Below the pieces are notes generated by a model. It saw nothing but the letters and a program-made list of their open reading frames with translations, was not told where the DNA came from and did not search any database. 64,000 nucleotides of DNA from assembly GCA_000165425.1 (NCBI GenBank), contig CT868252.1, forward strand, positions 372,001 to 436,000. The letters run 5' to 3'. This document shows positions 1-13,446 of this stretch, one piece after another. The translations under genes and the position numbers were made by a program. Position 1 is the first letter of the stretch. Each line of letters starts with the position of its first letter. This stretch comes from Paramecium tetraurelia. Lineage: Eukaryota.

Positions 1-2687
1 GATAATAATAAGATACAGAGTACAATTTTATTAGCCAAATTATAATTTCCAATACAATTTCTTAATCTTTACTCATTGTATTCATTGTGTTACAAAAATT
101 GAGCAATTGTTACTTTTGATCTTTTGTTGTTATTGAATTGATTTATTACTTAATAGACTGAATAGATTTATTAATCATTTTGAATTAATTCAACCCTTGA
201 ACTAAATTAATCTAACTGTATTAATTGATATAATTAGGAAGCCATAAACTTTTATAAGGGGAAATTAGGTTGAATAAACAATAATTAGTTAATGAATGGA
301 TCATTAACTTTTAGAACTGAGTAATTCTTATTATTATTCTTGTTAATCTATGCAATTAAACTCAATTCCAAATAACTAGGAATTTCTCCCTAATTCCCCA
401 ATTGGTTATTAACGAATATCTATTTATATTACTCTTCCTTTAAACTCCAAAATCCACGACCCAATATTTTTAGAGTATGATCTCCAAAGTTTTTAACTAT
501 TTAATTCCAAAAATGATCCCATCTCAATCTTCCTTCCAATTAGGGATGAATCTTTGCAATCTAATCAAATATTTATTCATGATATTTTGTATCATTCTCT
601 GATAAATTTGAAAAATATGCAGATTATGAAAATAGATTCTAAGTTTCATCCAGAAGGTAATTAAAATATTCAAATCTAATCTTCTATCCTTAATTGTTTT
701 CCAATAATTTTAATAAAAGATAAAATTTCTTATGTTTCAATGCACTTTCCACTAAAGTGATGTGTTTTCCAAATCCTAAGTCTCCCTTAAAACATTTATT
801 CATCAAATACAATATTAAGATATGGGAATTTCTTTCATTTTCTTAAACTTACTCTAAGGATTCAAAAATATTCAAATTTAACTTTGTGTAGTTTTCTTTA
901 AAAAATAATATTGCCAATAGTTCAACAAATAGAGTATTATTAAACTAACATTACGACTAGATAGAATAGTTCGCTTTAAATGCCTACTTCCATAAATCTA
1001 ATTCAAACCAAGAATCATTAAACCCTTTGACAATTGAATCATATATATGCTCTTATTAACTGACAAATTGTGTGTCTAAATGGAAATTCAGATTTGCCAA
1101 AAAGTCCAAAAGTTTAATCCTATTCGTTAAACTAATTTCGTATTGGATATCTATTTTTTAACAGCAATTTATGATAATCCATTTTGGTCCTTGCAGATAA
1201 TATTGGGACAACAAATTGGGATTTTATGTTTATTTTCCAACTGATTTCTCATGCTACTATTCCAATTGATTTAGATCTTATTTTATCTATCTAATTTAAT
1301 TATTATATTTAGTGATATGTTTTGCATCTATAATTTTATGAATTAATTCCTCTAAGTTTATTTTACCCAAGTATTCTTAATATTCACTTAATGTTGAAAA
1401 TCTACTTGTGTCCAATCTTTAAAATTAAAAGAACACCTAATTCATTTTTTCAGTTATTTAAATTAATCGAACACATAATTACTAGGGAAAGATTACTTCT
1501 TGAACTGTTATTAAGGTATCCTCTAATTTCTTAATTTTTTAGTATGTCAATTGCATCATATCATAAGTTACTTAAAGTGATTTGTATCTCACCACTTCAT
1601 TCTTTTCTTCTTACTTGTAATGAAAATCATTCAATTATGTATCTGAAAGGAATTAAAAGAAATTCAATAAATTTTCAAAAATGTTTTATGGTTAAAATTT
1701 ATCAAATTCAGCTGGTTTATAGGTTTCTTCAAAAATGTATTTTTTATAATACAAGAGTGGGTTTTTAAATTGTTCATACATAGTTAATTGAGGGGATATA
1801 TCTTTCGAAAAGGAAGCCTATAGATCCCCATAGTATTATGGAATAACACTATCTAGATGATCAGTGCATTGTAAAGCCAAGTAGTGTTTGGCAAACTCAA
1901 TCTTATCGATGACTAAATCGGATTATACAACTTTTGCAGTAATGAAGAAATAAGAGTACTATTTCCTCAACTCCTTGTTTTTTGATTCATAAGACGAAAT
2001 TCTAATTACAAATCCAGGAGGAAGTTGTAGTTGGAAGATCAAAGACTTAAGTACATACGAAACCAGATATCTTTGATAATAAAAGATTTCTTCATTGTTT
2101 TTTAGTCTTTTGATTTAATACCCTTTAGCCTCCAGCATTGATATTAAGTTCTGATCTCCTTTAATCAGCGATGTAGCTGCTTCTTTAGTAATGGCATGAA
2201 TGGTTTGCAAAGGGCATTTTAGGAGTGCTTTATCCTCATAGTATGTATTTTCTTAAGCAATATAATTTTTTAATTATGATAGTATCTCATGTAATGGAGA
2301 TATAGGATGAATAATTTTAGATATATCTTGGAGAAGTTTAATGTCGGCTGTTAAGACTTCTTATACTAGATCCTTTAAATTTTCTATTTATGGTTTTTTC
2401 AACTTTCTTAATAATTCTTAGAGTTTGTTGCAAAATATAAGTTCATTTTACTCAATTTAATGATCTCTTTTATCGGCTTACTGTAAATTTGAGATCAAAT
2501 TTTGAATGATATTAGAATCATTGGGACTCTTTTTGGCTAACTTCTATTGTTCTTCTAAAAGATCGGAATATTAGAATTTAAGTTGGGATAATAAAAATTT
2601 AAGCTTAACTCTAAAATTGCTCAGTTTTTGAGGTTAAGCTTGGAGTAGATCATAAAAAGTGTTAGCGAATTGTTCTAATTATTTCAT
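1..2687 (-). CDS. Large hypothetical protein, 3' end runs off the window
   Basis: Code-6 ORF from ATG at 2687 (MKQLEQFANTFYDLL...) traced open to about 1320 and apparently continuing to the window edge; no family recognised. Confidence 0.75.
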
Positions 2688-3559
2688 TATAGTTGGTATT
2701 CCTTATCTAATAAATTTATAATTGAAATTAATTAAATGCTAAAAGAAAATTAAAGATCAATTTAGTAAATTGAGTTATCGAAAGAAAAAAGAAGAAAGAG
2801 AAGAACAAATATAAGAATGAAATGATATAATGTGTATTAAAAGGGAAAATGCAAATAAGAATATAGGAGAATTTGATAATAACATTAAGAGTTAAAATAC
2901 AAGCAGTTAATCATTAGGATAATATTAAGGTAAGGAAACGATGAGAAATTGATTAATATTTCACTTAAATATTGCAAATTTGAATAATGAAAAAATATGT
3001 TATTGATGCTAACCCCTTCTTGATAGTGATAAATTAGTAATAGGAGCTTGAATTTCATTTTAGATATGCTTTTTTGCAGTATTATGTATAAGGAATTTAA
3101 GGTTTTGATATCTCACAATTTAGATTCAATATAAGTAAAGCGCTATTTAATTAATTAGAAGTTAAGTTAATATGATTTTAATAAATAAGTCAGATATTAT
3201 ATCTTTACTAATTCTTTCAAGGAGGGTTAAATTAAAAGAGAAGTAGATTGTGAGCAGCTATCAAAATTATTTTAAGATTTCATTGCAGCTGGTATAAGAA
3301 ATACTTGTTCAGAAGTTGGTACACTTATAATCTATATTCTTCATGGATGTTTACAATTAAAAGTGATGATTACATAATTGAGGAATATTATTCCAACTGA
3401 GTAAGGAAGATAAAAGAAACTAATAAATTTGACTCTAAACTAGAATATTAACAGCTTGAACATTCAATATGTATTCTCAACAAGTATATTAATATATTTT
3501 TATAACAAATAATTGTGACTCTAAGCAATTGCAATTGATTAAAATTAATTCTTTAATTA

Positions 3560-4693
3560 ATGAATAATAAGGAAGAAATTGTTCTTGGATATTTAGAACA
3601 AGCAGATGATATCCTAAATGTAGATGATGAATTGCCTTCCTATGCAAATGGATTGCCTGTAGACGATATTAATTTAATTTTAGTATTTCTTAGAGAATGA
3701 AGATAAGTTCGAATCAATTAAATGTTAATAATGCAGTAATCAAATGAAAATGTTGCTTTAAGTATTTTTCTAATCCTACTCTTAAGATATATGCTCCTTT
3801 GAATAACAAGCATGCCTCTTTTAGAGAGATCTATGTGTTTCTTTGCTTAAATGAACAATGTTCTAAACACAATAGCAGTGTTAGAGTTTTTAGAATGCAA
3901 TCGTCATAAAAACCTTAACTTTTATAATCCAAAAATAAAGACTATATACTTTCTCCATAAAACAAATCATTTATAATTGACACTGAGATTATAAGTGCTA
4001 AGGAGAACAATAATGAACTCTAAGTAGCTGAAGAACTGTTACCAACTAATTTAGATGATGAGGACAAGGATGTAGATTTGAAGAATGTGAAATTCGATAA
4101 TGAAAATAAAATCTATGACAATTATTTAAAGAGTACTGAAGAGAAAGAAAATATTGAAGACATAGATGGATTGGAGAATGATTAGCAAAACAATATTGAT
4201 GGTTGTTTTCTGATTTACTAACAGTATTTATTAGATCTTAATTAGTTTTCTGACCTAATATTAGAATCATGTCGTCAGATATTGTTTTGATTCTCAAAGT
4301 AAACCACTCTGGTTTAGTGATAAAAAACAGCCTTAGATTGAGTCCAAATGTCCACATTGCAAAAAGAATAAGATTTTCGAATTCTAAATTAATAATTCAA
4401 TTCTTACTTACTTCCCTGAATTGTACAATCTAGAATGGGGTTCTTTATACATCTACAGTTGTCCTTCTAGTTGTTCTGTTGGTGGTTAAATACTAGTTGA
4501 GGAGACAGTCTATGCTCATTCAGATGAGTAAGAATTTATTAGTCCAAATCTAAAAGTGGATCCAAATACCAAACTAGTCACCATCAAATAGGATACAAAT
4601 AAATCAAATAAATAAAAACAATAAATTTAATAGCAATAACAATAACAAATTCAGTAAAAGATTGATGAACAAGATGAAGAAGATGATTGGTGA
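3560..4693 (+). CDS. TSR4: PDCD2/TSR4-like uS5 chaperone (PDCD2_C domain)
   Basis: CQQC...LLQIYAPL...REIYVFLCLNEQC; C-terminal VVRYC...CPHC...FEFQI...LEWGSLYIYSCPSSC; three tiny introns. Confidence 0.85.
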
Positions 4694-4748
4694 TTAAATT
4701 CTATGTATTTAATTTAGATATTATATTAATATTTGATCTATAAAATAA

Positions 4749-5933
4749 TCAGGTTTCAAAAATAACTAGCATTTCAGGATCTAATGTTGCTCCTTACAAT
4801 AACTATAATTTTTTCTCTGCAGTAAAGTCACTTGGAAAATATTAAGTTGATGATTTCTCTAATTCGAGTAATCCCATTTCTTTATATGCCTTAGCAACTA
4901 GTTCTGAACAAAAATATGTTCTTTGCTTGTCCTCTGGCTGAGGAGCTTAAGGAACAATTAATGAAACCTTCTATAATAGTTTGCCAGGATTAAGACCGTA
5001 TTCCTTTCCCAAATTGTTTTTAATAAACTCTCTTAATTTATTTTACACTTCTGGAGTTTACCTCTTGGCATAGTTTAGTCTTCTGATACAAATCTTTTCA
5101 TATTCATTAACAAACTTCTACTCTGTTAAGTCACCTTAAGGTATAATTATTTTGCTTACTCCACAGGAATGTGCCTACTCCATTTGAGACTGCCTCGAAA
5201 ACACACAATTATCCATTGTCCCTATAAAGCAAACAGACGTGATCAAATTCACAGAGAGTAACGGCTCTTAAAACCTTTGTCATATTGTCTTTCGATTTGA
5301 ATAATGCTATATCTCCATCTTAACAATCACTTAATACTTTTGTATTTTTTAATTAGGTGTTCTTCCAAAATCTGGGTATTTGATTTAAAAATCTCAATTA
5401 TTTTAAACTTCCAATTGAGTCGTTTAATTGGATCTTAATTTGCAAGGCCCATAGATGGGTATTTTCTGGTTGATCAGATTGAAAAACAAATTCTTTTTAA
5501 GTGCCTTTAGGGATTATCCTAAAAGATAGCATTTATGATACGTAAATTAAATAGTTTGATTTCTCTCATTTAGAACTCCTTTGAATTCAAATTCTTATAA
5601 ATCGAAGTCTAGAGCTCCCTCCAGTTCATATTTATTATCTGATTTGTAGTATGAGAAAACTCGATTTTCCAATTCACAATATTTCCATTGAAATCCAATA
5701 AAAAAATGAGGACTTTTCTTTTAAAGTCTCCCCTTCATGGGTGTACAATTCTATTTCCTCTTGTAAAAAACGTTAAACCAAAAATCATTAGGATTTTTTT
5801 TAATGAGGTTATTTTAAATGAACTCGTTTTCAATTACTTAATTCTGTTAATGACCTTTATCTTATCGAATCTTGGATGAAATTGCAAAACCCTTCTAAAA
5901 CACGTCACTCCCATAAATACTATTTTGATTCAT
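4749..5933 (-). CDS. PH domain + permuted papain-like (NlpC/P60, YaeF/YiiX-type) amidase
   Basis: PH: MKGRLQKKSPHFFIGFQWKYCELENRVFSYY; amidase: GDIALF...FDHVCLL...FEAV...YFCSELVAKAY...FPSDF; intron about 5136-5160. Confidence 0.8.
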
Positions 5934-6250
5934 CAAATAAATAAAATAATGAATAATCACCAAAGAAACAGAACCTTAGGTGATTCTAAATAAATAAAAT
6001 GCCAAATATCATAATTAATTGCCATAATTTTGACAATCTTAGGATTTTTAATGTAAGATAGAATTACTAAAATAAATCTATTTGGGTATTCATAAGTATA
6101 AGATCATGAATTATGAAAGAACAAGCGATGTTCTAAAGAGAATTTCGTATTGTTGTCTTGGAATGAAATGAGCAGTATAAATTAATAAAGAATATTATTG
6201 AGGGAATCCTGTATATTATTTATATATATATATTTATTATTAATATACAG

Positions 6251-6813
6251 ATGAGAAAATCAAATAAAGTAGTTTAGAATAGAATTGAGAAAGTGAATTC
6301 GGAATTGTTGACTCTGACTTATGGGGCCATCGTTTCTCAAATAATCAAGGATAGTGACACCGTGATTGAGGCTAACGAATAATTGGAGAAGATGGGATTT
6401 AATATTGGACAAAGAATCATTGATGAATACCTTTCGAAAGCAGAAATCAAGTAATGCAGAGATAAGATCGATGTTGCAGAGAATATTGGAAAGGGAGCCA
6501 TGTAAATGTTTCTTGGGGTGACTGCTGAAGTAGAAGTGTTACCTGAGACCGACAAAATATTCACTTTTAACTTGCATTTCACTGAAAATCCTTTGAATGA
6601 TTTTGTAGAGTTGCCAGAACATTTGCAAGGACTCAATTACTCGAACATGATTGCAGGAGCCATTAGAGGAGCTTTGTCAACTGTATAGTATATCAATTCA
6701 TATAGATTCATTGGATAGCTACTTGTAGATTCTTGAAGGATCAATTGAAAAATGATGATAAAACTATTTTATAGGTGGAAATGATTAGAGAGAAGTTCAA
6801 AGACGATGAATGA
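6251..6813 (+). CDS. BET3: TRAPP complex subunit Bet3/TRAPPC3
   Basis: VNSELLTLTYGAIV...MGFNIGQRIIDEYL...ENPLNDFVELP...YSNMIAGAIRGAL; one intron. Confidence 0.95.
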
Positions 6814-6837
6814 TTAATATAATATATATTTTAATTT

Positions 6838-7345
6838 ATGTCAACATATAGGGGGACATTTGAACACGACTCATTTTTGGGATGGCTGAACTTATTGAAG
6901 ATCAGAAGATTACAGTTTCTCTATGATGTTGGTGAAAGACCACCTTATCCAGTAATCATTAGTAAGCCTACTGTTGGAGATGTATATTAATATCATATAT
7001 TGCAAAGGTATTGAAGAATTTGAACAAGGCAGATTTCGGTCTATTTGCAACTGTGACATTTTTGGGTTTCTTTGCTGCCAGAAAAGCCACTTTGGGATTA
7101 ACTACTACTGAATTTGTTAGATAGAGAGGATTCTCGATTGCTTGGAATTCAATTATGATGGCTGGTGCTTTGTTTGCTTGCATGAATAGTAACAATAGAC
7201 TTACTGTACATTCCTATTAATAATGATTTAGGGATTTGTGGACAATGGATTACAATGGAGAAGAAAGGAGCAAAGATTAAACAAATACGATTTCACATCT
7301 GAATTCGAAGAAGGCACTATTTGGAAATTCTTCAGATTAAGATGA
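6838..7345 (+). CDS. Mitochondrial complex I NUXM/21-kDa (20.9-kDa) subunit family protein
   Basis: PPYPVIISKPTVGDVLKNLNKADF, two hydrophobic helices, NSNNRLTGFVDN; two introns. Confidence 0.7.
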
Positions 7346-7445
7346 CATTAAATCATATATTCAATGCATATATTTTCATTATTATTTTATTGGTATCAAT
7401 ATTATATTATAATACAATTCATTAAAAATTTTAATTATTGATTTA

Positions 7446-7926
7446 ATGCAATAGCAATAGCAATAATAGTAAGAGATGCTGAAGAATTTGACTAATTAAT
7501 AAGTTGTGCAATACAATAAAATGAGATAAGACTATGCTGAAATATCCAGAGTCTATATTGATATTGAAGATGAGAAGAAGGAACATACATTAGTTTTGGA
7601 TGCAATCAAAAATATTGATCCAAAGAGAAGGTGATTCACTCTATCTATTCTAGATGTTGGAGATTGATTGGTGGAGTTCTTGTCGAAAGATAATTGGAAG
7701 ATGTATTGAAATCATTAAAGGAAAGTTTAGAATTGCTTGAAAAGACTGGATAAAATTACAATACTGCTCTGAAACAGAAGTATGCAGATTATTTTGAGAT
7801 TATTTTAGAGAAAAAGAAGTACTTGAATTCGAATTAACTCATAATTTGAGACCCTAACAAAATCAACAATAAAAATAACAATAGCAACCTGTAGAATCAT
7901 CCAAAACATAAGGAGTCTTAACTTGA
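7446..7926 (+). CDS. PFDN2: Prefoldin subunit 2
   Basis: EKKEHTLVLDAIKNIDPKRRCWRLIGGVLVER; two introns. Confidence 0.9.
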
Positions 7927-8497
7927 AACATAATTGTCTTGTATATTCACAATATTAATAATAATATTCAATATTTACAATTCATATTTAAATTCTTATA
8001 TGGTATTAAAATAGTCTGATTTATAAATTGTTTAATAATAAAATAATTTTAATCATAACTCCTTTATTGCTATAATGATGACAATAAATATTGGCAATTC
8101 TTTCCTCCCCATTACTCTTTATATATCAAATCAACCTGTTTTTTATAACAATAGCTCTTATTTGTAGAACTAAATTTTTATTCGCATCATCAATCATCAT
8201 TTTCTACTTAAGCTGCTCTATCATAATCAAAAAAAGATTCCCTTCTTTTGTTAGTATTAGAGAACTTTCAACTAAATTTGTACCATTCACAATGAGTAGA
8301 TATACTTATACTTTGATCCCCCTTTTCATACTCTCTCTAACAAGTTTCCAGTTATCTTATAGATTTCTAATATCTTGATTTCTCTAAGTAAATATAAGAT
8401 CCAAATAAAGAACTATTAATTTACGTTAATTATCACTCTATCCAGGGCTGCATCTCAAAGTAATTATATATCAATATTTATTATCGTTTTTTTAACA

Positions 8498-9848
8498 ATG
8501 AATTAACTCATATTTTCGTTATTGATTGTCACAACTCTCTGTGGCTAAGAGTAAGGTAGTTTCCTTTAAGAAAAACAAGATAACAAAATATTCACCATAA
8601 AATTAAAGGAAACTCATAAAACTGTATGCTATCCATTTGAAATCATAGGTTACAGCAAAAGAAATGTATGATTTTCTATCAACTAAACAAACATATTTTC
8701 GCTAACAGACTCCAATTGATATTTAGGAAATAGAATTTGGTGGGTATGTTCCAAAACCACAATAAAAGGAGTAAAAAAAGGAAACATCTCTAAAATTACA
8801 CAATTTTAAGAATACTTAATTTACTGGACCCATAACAGTAGGCGATCAAGAATTCTAAGTGATCTTTGATACTGGTTCTGCAAATTTTTGGATAGACTCT
8901 GCCAAATGCAAGAATGAAGGATGCAAACAACATACACAATATAAACCAAGTCTCAGATCGAAACATTTGGGATATGCTTTGAATGTCCAATTTGGTACTG
9001 GGGATTTAAATGGAGAAATTAATTCTGATGTTGTGAAATTGGGTGAAATAGAGGTTGAGGACTAAAATATTGCAGAAATAATAGAGGAGAATGGTTCAGT
9101 TTTTTAAAATGTATGAAAGTTAAATAATTGCAAAGTCAGGATTCGATGGTATAGTGGGATTAGCTTATCCAAGTATGGCAGCCTATAATTTTAATCCATT
9201 GTTTGACAATATCATCCAGGAGAAGAAATTGAAATCTAATCAATTCTCATTTTATATGAGTAACTAAGTCAATAGCTATGAATCCTAAATTACCTTTGGA
9301 GGTTATGATGTCACAAAACTTGATGGTCCAGTTCATTATCATCCAGTTATTGATAAATACTATTGGATGATAAAGGCTGAGAATATATTAGTGAATGGAA
9401 AAGATGAGGGATTCTGTCCTAAGGGTTGTAAATTGGTAGCTGACACTGGTACTTCCCTCATTACAGGTCCTTTTGAGGATTTGATGAAACTATTAGGTAT
9501 TTCAATAGATCCATATTAGATTTAACCAATATCAATGATGATTGCTCTAACTTAAATTAGTTGCCTAAATTAACATTTAAGATTGATGGAGTTGAATACG
9601 ATCTAGAATCTAAAGACTACATTATGGAATTAAAGGATGATGGTACAGAAATACCTTTAAACAATGATGTATCAGCATCAGCATTCCTTTAAGGGACTTC
9701 AAGACAATGTATTGGAGCCTTTATGCCATTGGACATTCCAGATCCTCAAGGACCTGCTTGGATTTTGGGTGATATTTTCTTAACAAAATATTTAAGTATT
9801 TATGATAGGGATACAAATATGGTTGGATTTGGAAAGGCCAAACATTGA
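8498..9848 (+). CDS. Secreted pepsin/cathepsin D-like aspartic protease (A1)
   Basis: Signal peptide; catalytic IFDTGSANFW and VADTGTSLI; FDGIVGLAYP; WILGDIFL; tiny introns. Confidence 0.95.
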
Positions 9849-10508
9849 TTTAATCAATTTATATACAAAATATCATAAACTCAAAATCAATAGTGATTTG
9901 GTAGATCACCATATAAAACTGTTTTTATTCTTCTGGAAAATTTAAATTACTTTAATTGATGTTGTAGATAATCTATAAATAATTATTCAATTTTCTTTGA
10001 ATTTTAGTATGTCTCTTAAGCCAATTTTTTTTACAGCAAATAAATAATCAGATACAAGAGAAGTGCTGAATTAAAGCCTATATTATTATTGTCTTGAGAT
10101 GATTATATTACAAAATATCATTTTGTTATTTTTTAGTCCTATTTTGACATCATTTTGGTGCGATCTAGTGATGAAGAGTGACATTACATAGATAATAAAT
10201 CATTTGGAAAGTGGCCATGTGGTTTGAGTATCTGAATTAATTTTAGATGTAAATATGTGCTTATGCGAATGCAATGTTATTAATAATAATTTAAACTTGT
10301 TGAAATTCACATATGTGGCTCTAGTCATTGGAATATAAATTAAATGACTTTTTGGTAAATATTATAATTAATATGTCTAAGAATTTAGAATGATTTTTCC
10401 TGATTTCTGACAATTTTACATTAAATGTAAAAATTTTAGTGCGCATTATTTTTTAATATAAAAATTGGAAGCAGAATCTTGTAAATTGCAATAAATATAT
10501 AATCTTTA

Positions 10509-12037
10509 ATGAAAGCAGCTCCACGCATCTATGAAAATCAACCAACAGAGAAAGTTGATAACGCAGACTTCTTTATCTAACAATTTTACATCGAGTGTTT
10601 GGCCACATTTTCTTATTACATTGAATCCAAAGGAGAGGCTGCCGTAATTGATCCCTTGAGGGATATTGAATAATATGTGTAATACTTGTATATCTATGGG
10701 AAGTGAATTGGCCAAAGAGAGAAATGCTAACATAAAATGGGTGCTTGAGACACACTTCCATGCAGATTTTGTGAGTGGCCACCGAGAATTAGCAGCTATC
10801 ACTGGAGCAACCATAGTATATGGTCCAACTGCAGTTGCTAACTTCCCTATGAAACAAGCCAAAGATGGGGAATTGTTACCGCTCGGAACAGTCTAGATAA
10901 GAGTGGATCACACTCCAGGACACACAATGGAATCCAGTTGTTATGTTTTAGTTTCCAAAGGAAAAGACCATTCAGTCTACACAGGGGATACCTTATTTTT
11001 GGGGGAAGTAGGCAGACCTGATTTGGCTGTGAAGAGTGGAGAATTGACAGTTGAGATGTTGGCTGCACATCTCTATGATTCATTAAGAAATAAGGTTATG
11101 AAGTTGAATGATGATGTAATCGTCTATCCTGGACATGGTGCAGGTTCATCATGCGGAAAGGCCATTGGAGCAGGAAAGTTTTGCACTATTGGAATTTAAA
11201 AATAGAAAAATTATGCTTTGCAACCCATGTCAAAGGAAGACTTCACTAAATAGGTTCTTGAAGGCATGCCAAAGCCCCCTCAATACTTTTTCCACGATGC
11301 AAAACTTGTAAATTTATATATCTCATAACATCTAGAATAAAAGTGGACCAGCTGATATCACTCTTTTATTAAATGAAGTTTAAAAGGCACTGACATATGA
11401 ATAATTCATGGGTTTTGCCAAATCAGGAGCAACCATCCTTGATACAAGACCAAATGTTGCAGAAGGAATAATTGATGGAGCCATCAATGTTACATTTATG
11501 TCAGGATTAGTCAACTTTGTAGGAGCTGTCATCAAACCAGATACTAAATTAATAATTATAGCCAACTAAGGTGATGCTTAAGACACAATCCTTTAGATTG
11601 TTCAAGAATTGGATATGATAATATTTTAGGATACTTGTAAGGAGGATTTGAAGTTTATAAAAACAATGGGGGACCATTAGCAACTACTGTCAAATTAGTC
11701 AGTCTAGTTGAGTTTTGCGATGTCAAAGTCGACCCAGGTATTGTAATATTTAATATCAATAGAAAAACATGCATTTTTAGATGTCAGAGGACCAGGAGAA
11801 CATAAGGAGACTGGTTTTATCAAAGGAGCTATAAGAGTTCCATTACCTGAAGTGGAAGCTAATCTTGCAAAAATTCCTAAGGATAAAATTGTCCATGTTT
11901 ACTGTAAAACAGGAGGAAGAGCAAAGATTGCTATGAGTCTTCTCGTTAGAAATGGTTATAAGAATCTTGTGATTACATAAGAAGGAGGCTTCCCTTAAAT
12001 GAAAGAAAAGTAATTGGTGGAAGTTGAGAATGTTTGA
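10509..12037 (+). CDS. MBL-fold persulfide dioxygenase-like domain fused to tandem rhodanese domains
   Basis: ETHFHADFVSG, HTPGHT, TGDTLFLGEVGRPDL, YPGHGAGSSCG; C-terminal rhodanese LDVR...VYCKTGGRA; three introns; two apparent +1 insertions near 11593 and 11604. Confidence 0.9.
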
Positions 12038-12233
12038 TAAGCATATATATTCATATTAAAAGTATTTTAACAAAATTAATAACTTTCATCTTTTAGTTAA
12101 ATTGGATTCAAAAGGAATTCAATAAAATTAATTTAAAATTATATGAAATTATAAAGGAAAGCTATGAATAGATTTCTATAAGCTTTGCAAAATTAAAATA
12201 TAGATTATAATTTTTGTACACAAACCAATACTC

Positions 12234-13323
12234 TCATTATTATTTGCATTCTGGTTTTTCAGCTTTTCCTTTTTTATCCTTATCAGACTTTTTGCTGTCA
12301 CCACTCTTCTTTCTTTACTATAAAAGTTTCTTTTTGTCATCACCCTCATCATCATCATCTTCTTCGTCCTCGTCATCCTCGCCGTCTTCATCTTCATCAA
12401 CATCCTCATAATCTTCATCATCTGGATTAATTCCTAAGAAATATTCCAAACTATAAGGAAGGACTTCCTCTGCAATGGTCTTTCCAATTTCATAATCTTC
12501 ATCAATATTCTATAAATTCTCATAATTATAAATACTCCAGCTTTTCCTTCTTCTTCTCCTTCATCCTTATCTTCTGAATTCTTGAAGAAATTGAAGAAAC
12601 TCAATTATGTTTCCTTCTTTTTGATGGTTCTTGAGGCTCCAGTCTTCTTATTTTTTTATTTCTAACATATTAACACATAATTACCTTCTCTACTATCTTA
12701 ACTGTAACATCTTTGCCTTCATTCCATTCTATCACAGTTCCTACTGTACTTGTTGGGAAGTCTTTGCCTTCTTCAATGATGAATTTCTTTGTCAATTCTT
12801 TGTTTTTGAAATATTCGTTGTCCTTGAATGTAAATCTAAGGGTGAAGACTTCAGTGTCAGCTGAGGTTTCCAAAACAATTGAGGTTAAGTGTTTAAGGAT
12901 GTCCTTATCCTTTTCTCCAAAGACGTGAGATAAATTATCGCAATTTGTTAAGACGGTTCCCCAATAGTTATCAATTGGTTCAGCTTTTTAGGCAATTTAT
13001 TAGGCTTCTTATAATTCAGCTTCGGAAAAGAATTCCTTGAAAAGTTCTTGTTCTTCTGCACTTACAGCTCTTTAGCCATTAATGAGAGATTGCTATTCTG
13101 CATAAATTGGAAGGGATTTGATATCATATTGTTTTTAAAGAGCATGGATCTTCTCATCACATTCCTTGTCCAATTTCTCCTTTTATAGATAATGATGTTA
13201 GATAGCAATTGCCTTGAGTCTATCCTTAAGAGGAAGCTCTCTAATCTTATTTTCCAAGGTTTGAACGTGTAATTCATGTCCCTCCTTTGCTTCATTTGTA
13301 GTTGGTTAAGCTCCGCCTTCCAT
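12234..13323 (-). CDS. NAP1: Nucleosome assembly protein 1
   Basis: FTLRFTFKDNEYFKNKELTKKF, GTVIEWNEGKDVT, SFFNFF, EDYEIG, acidic tail, C-terminal ECKQQ*. Confidence 0.93.
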
Positions 13324-13446
13324 TAATTTATAAAAAAATGTGGATTTAAATATTTCCTATATTAAGGGGGTATTTAATTTTTGGAAAAAGTTTATCATAA
13401 CCTAATCATAATTTCCTAATGCTTGAAATCATTAATTTTTATAGAA

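Noticed and set aside
12340..12422. TCA/TCT trinucleotide repeat with a poly-Ser ORF
   Set aside because: Antisense of the NAP1 Asp/Glu acidic tail
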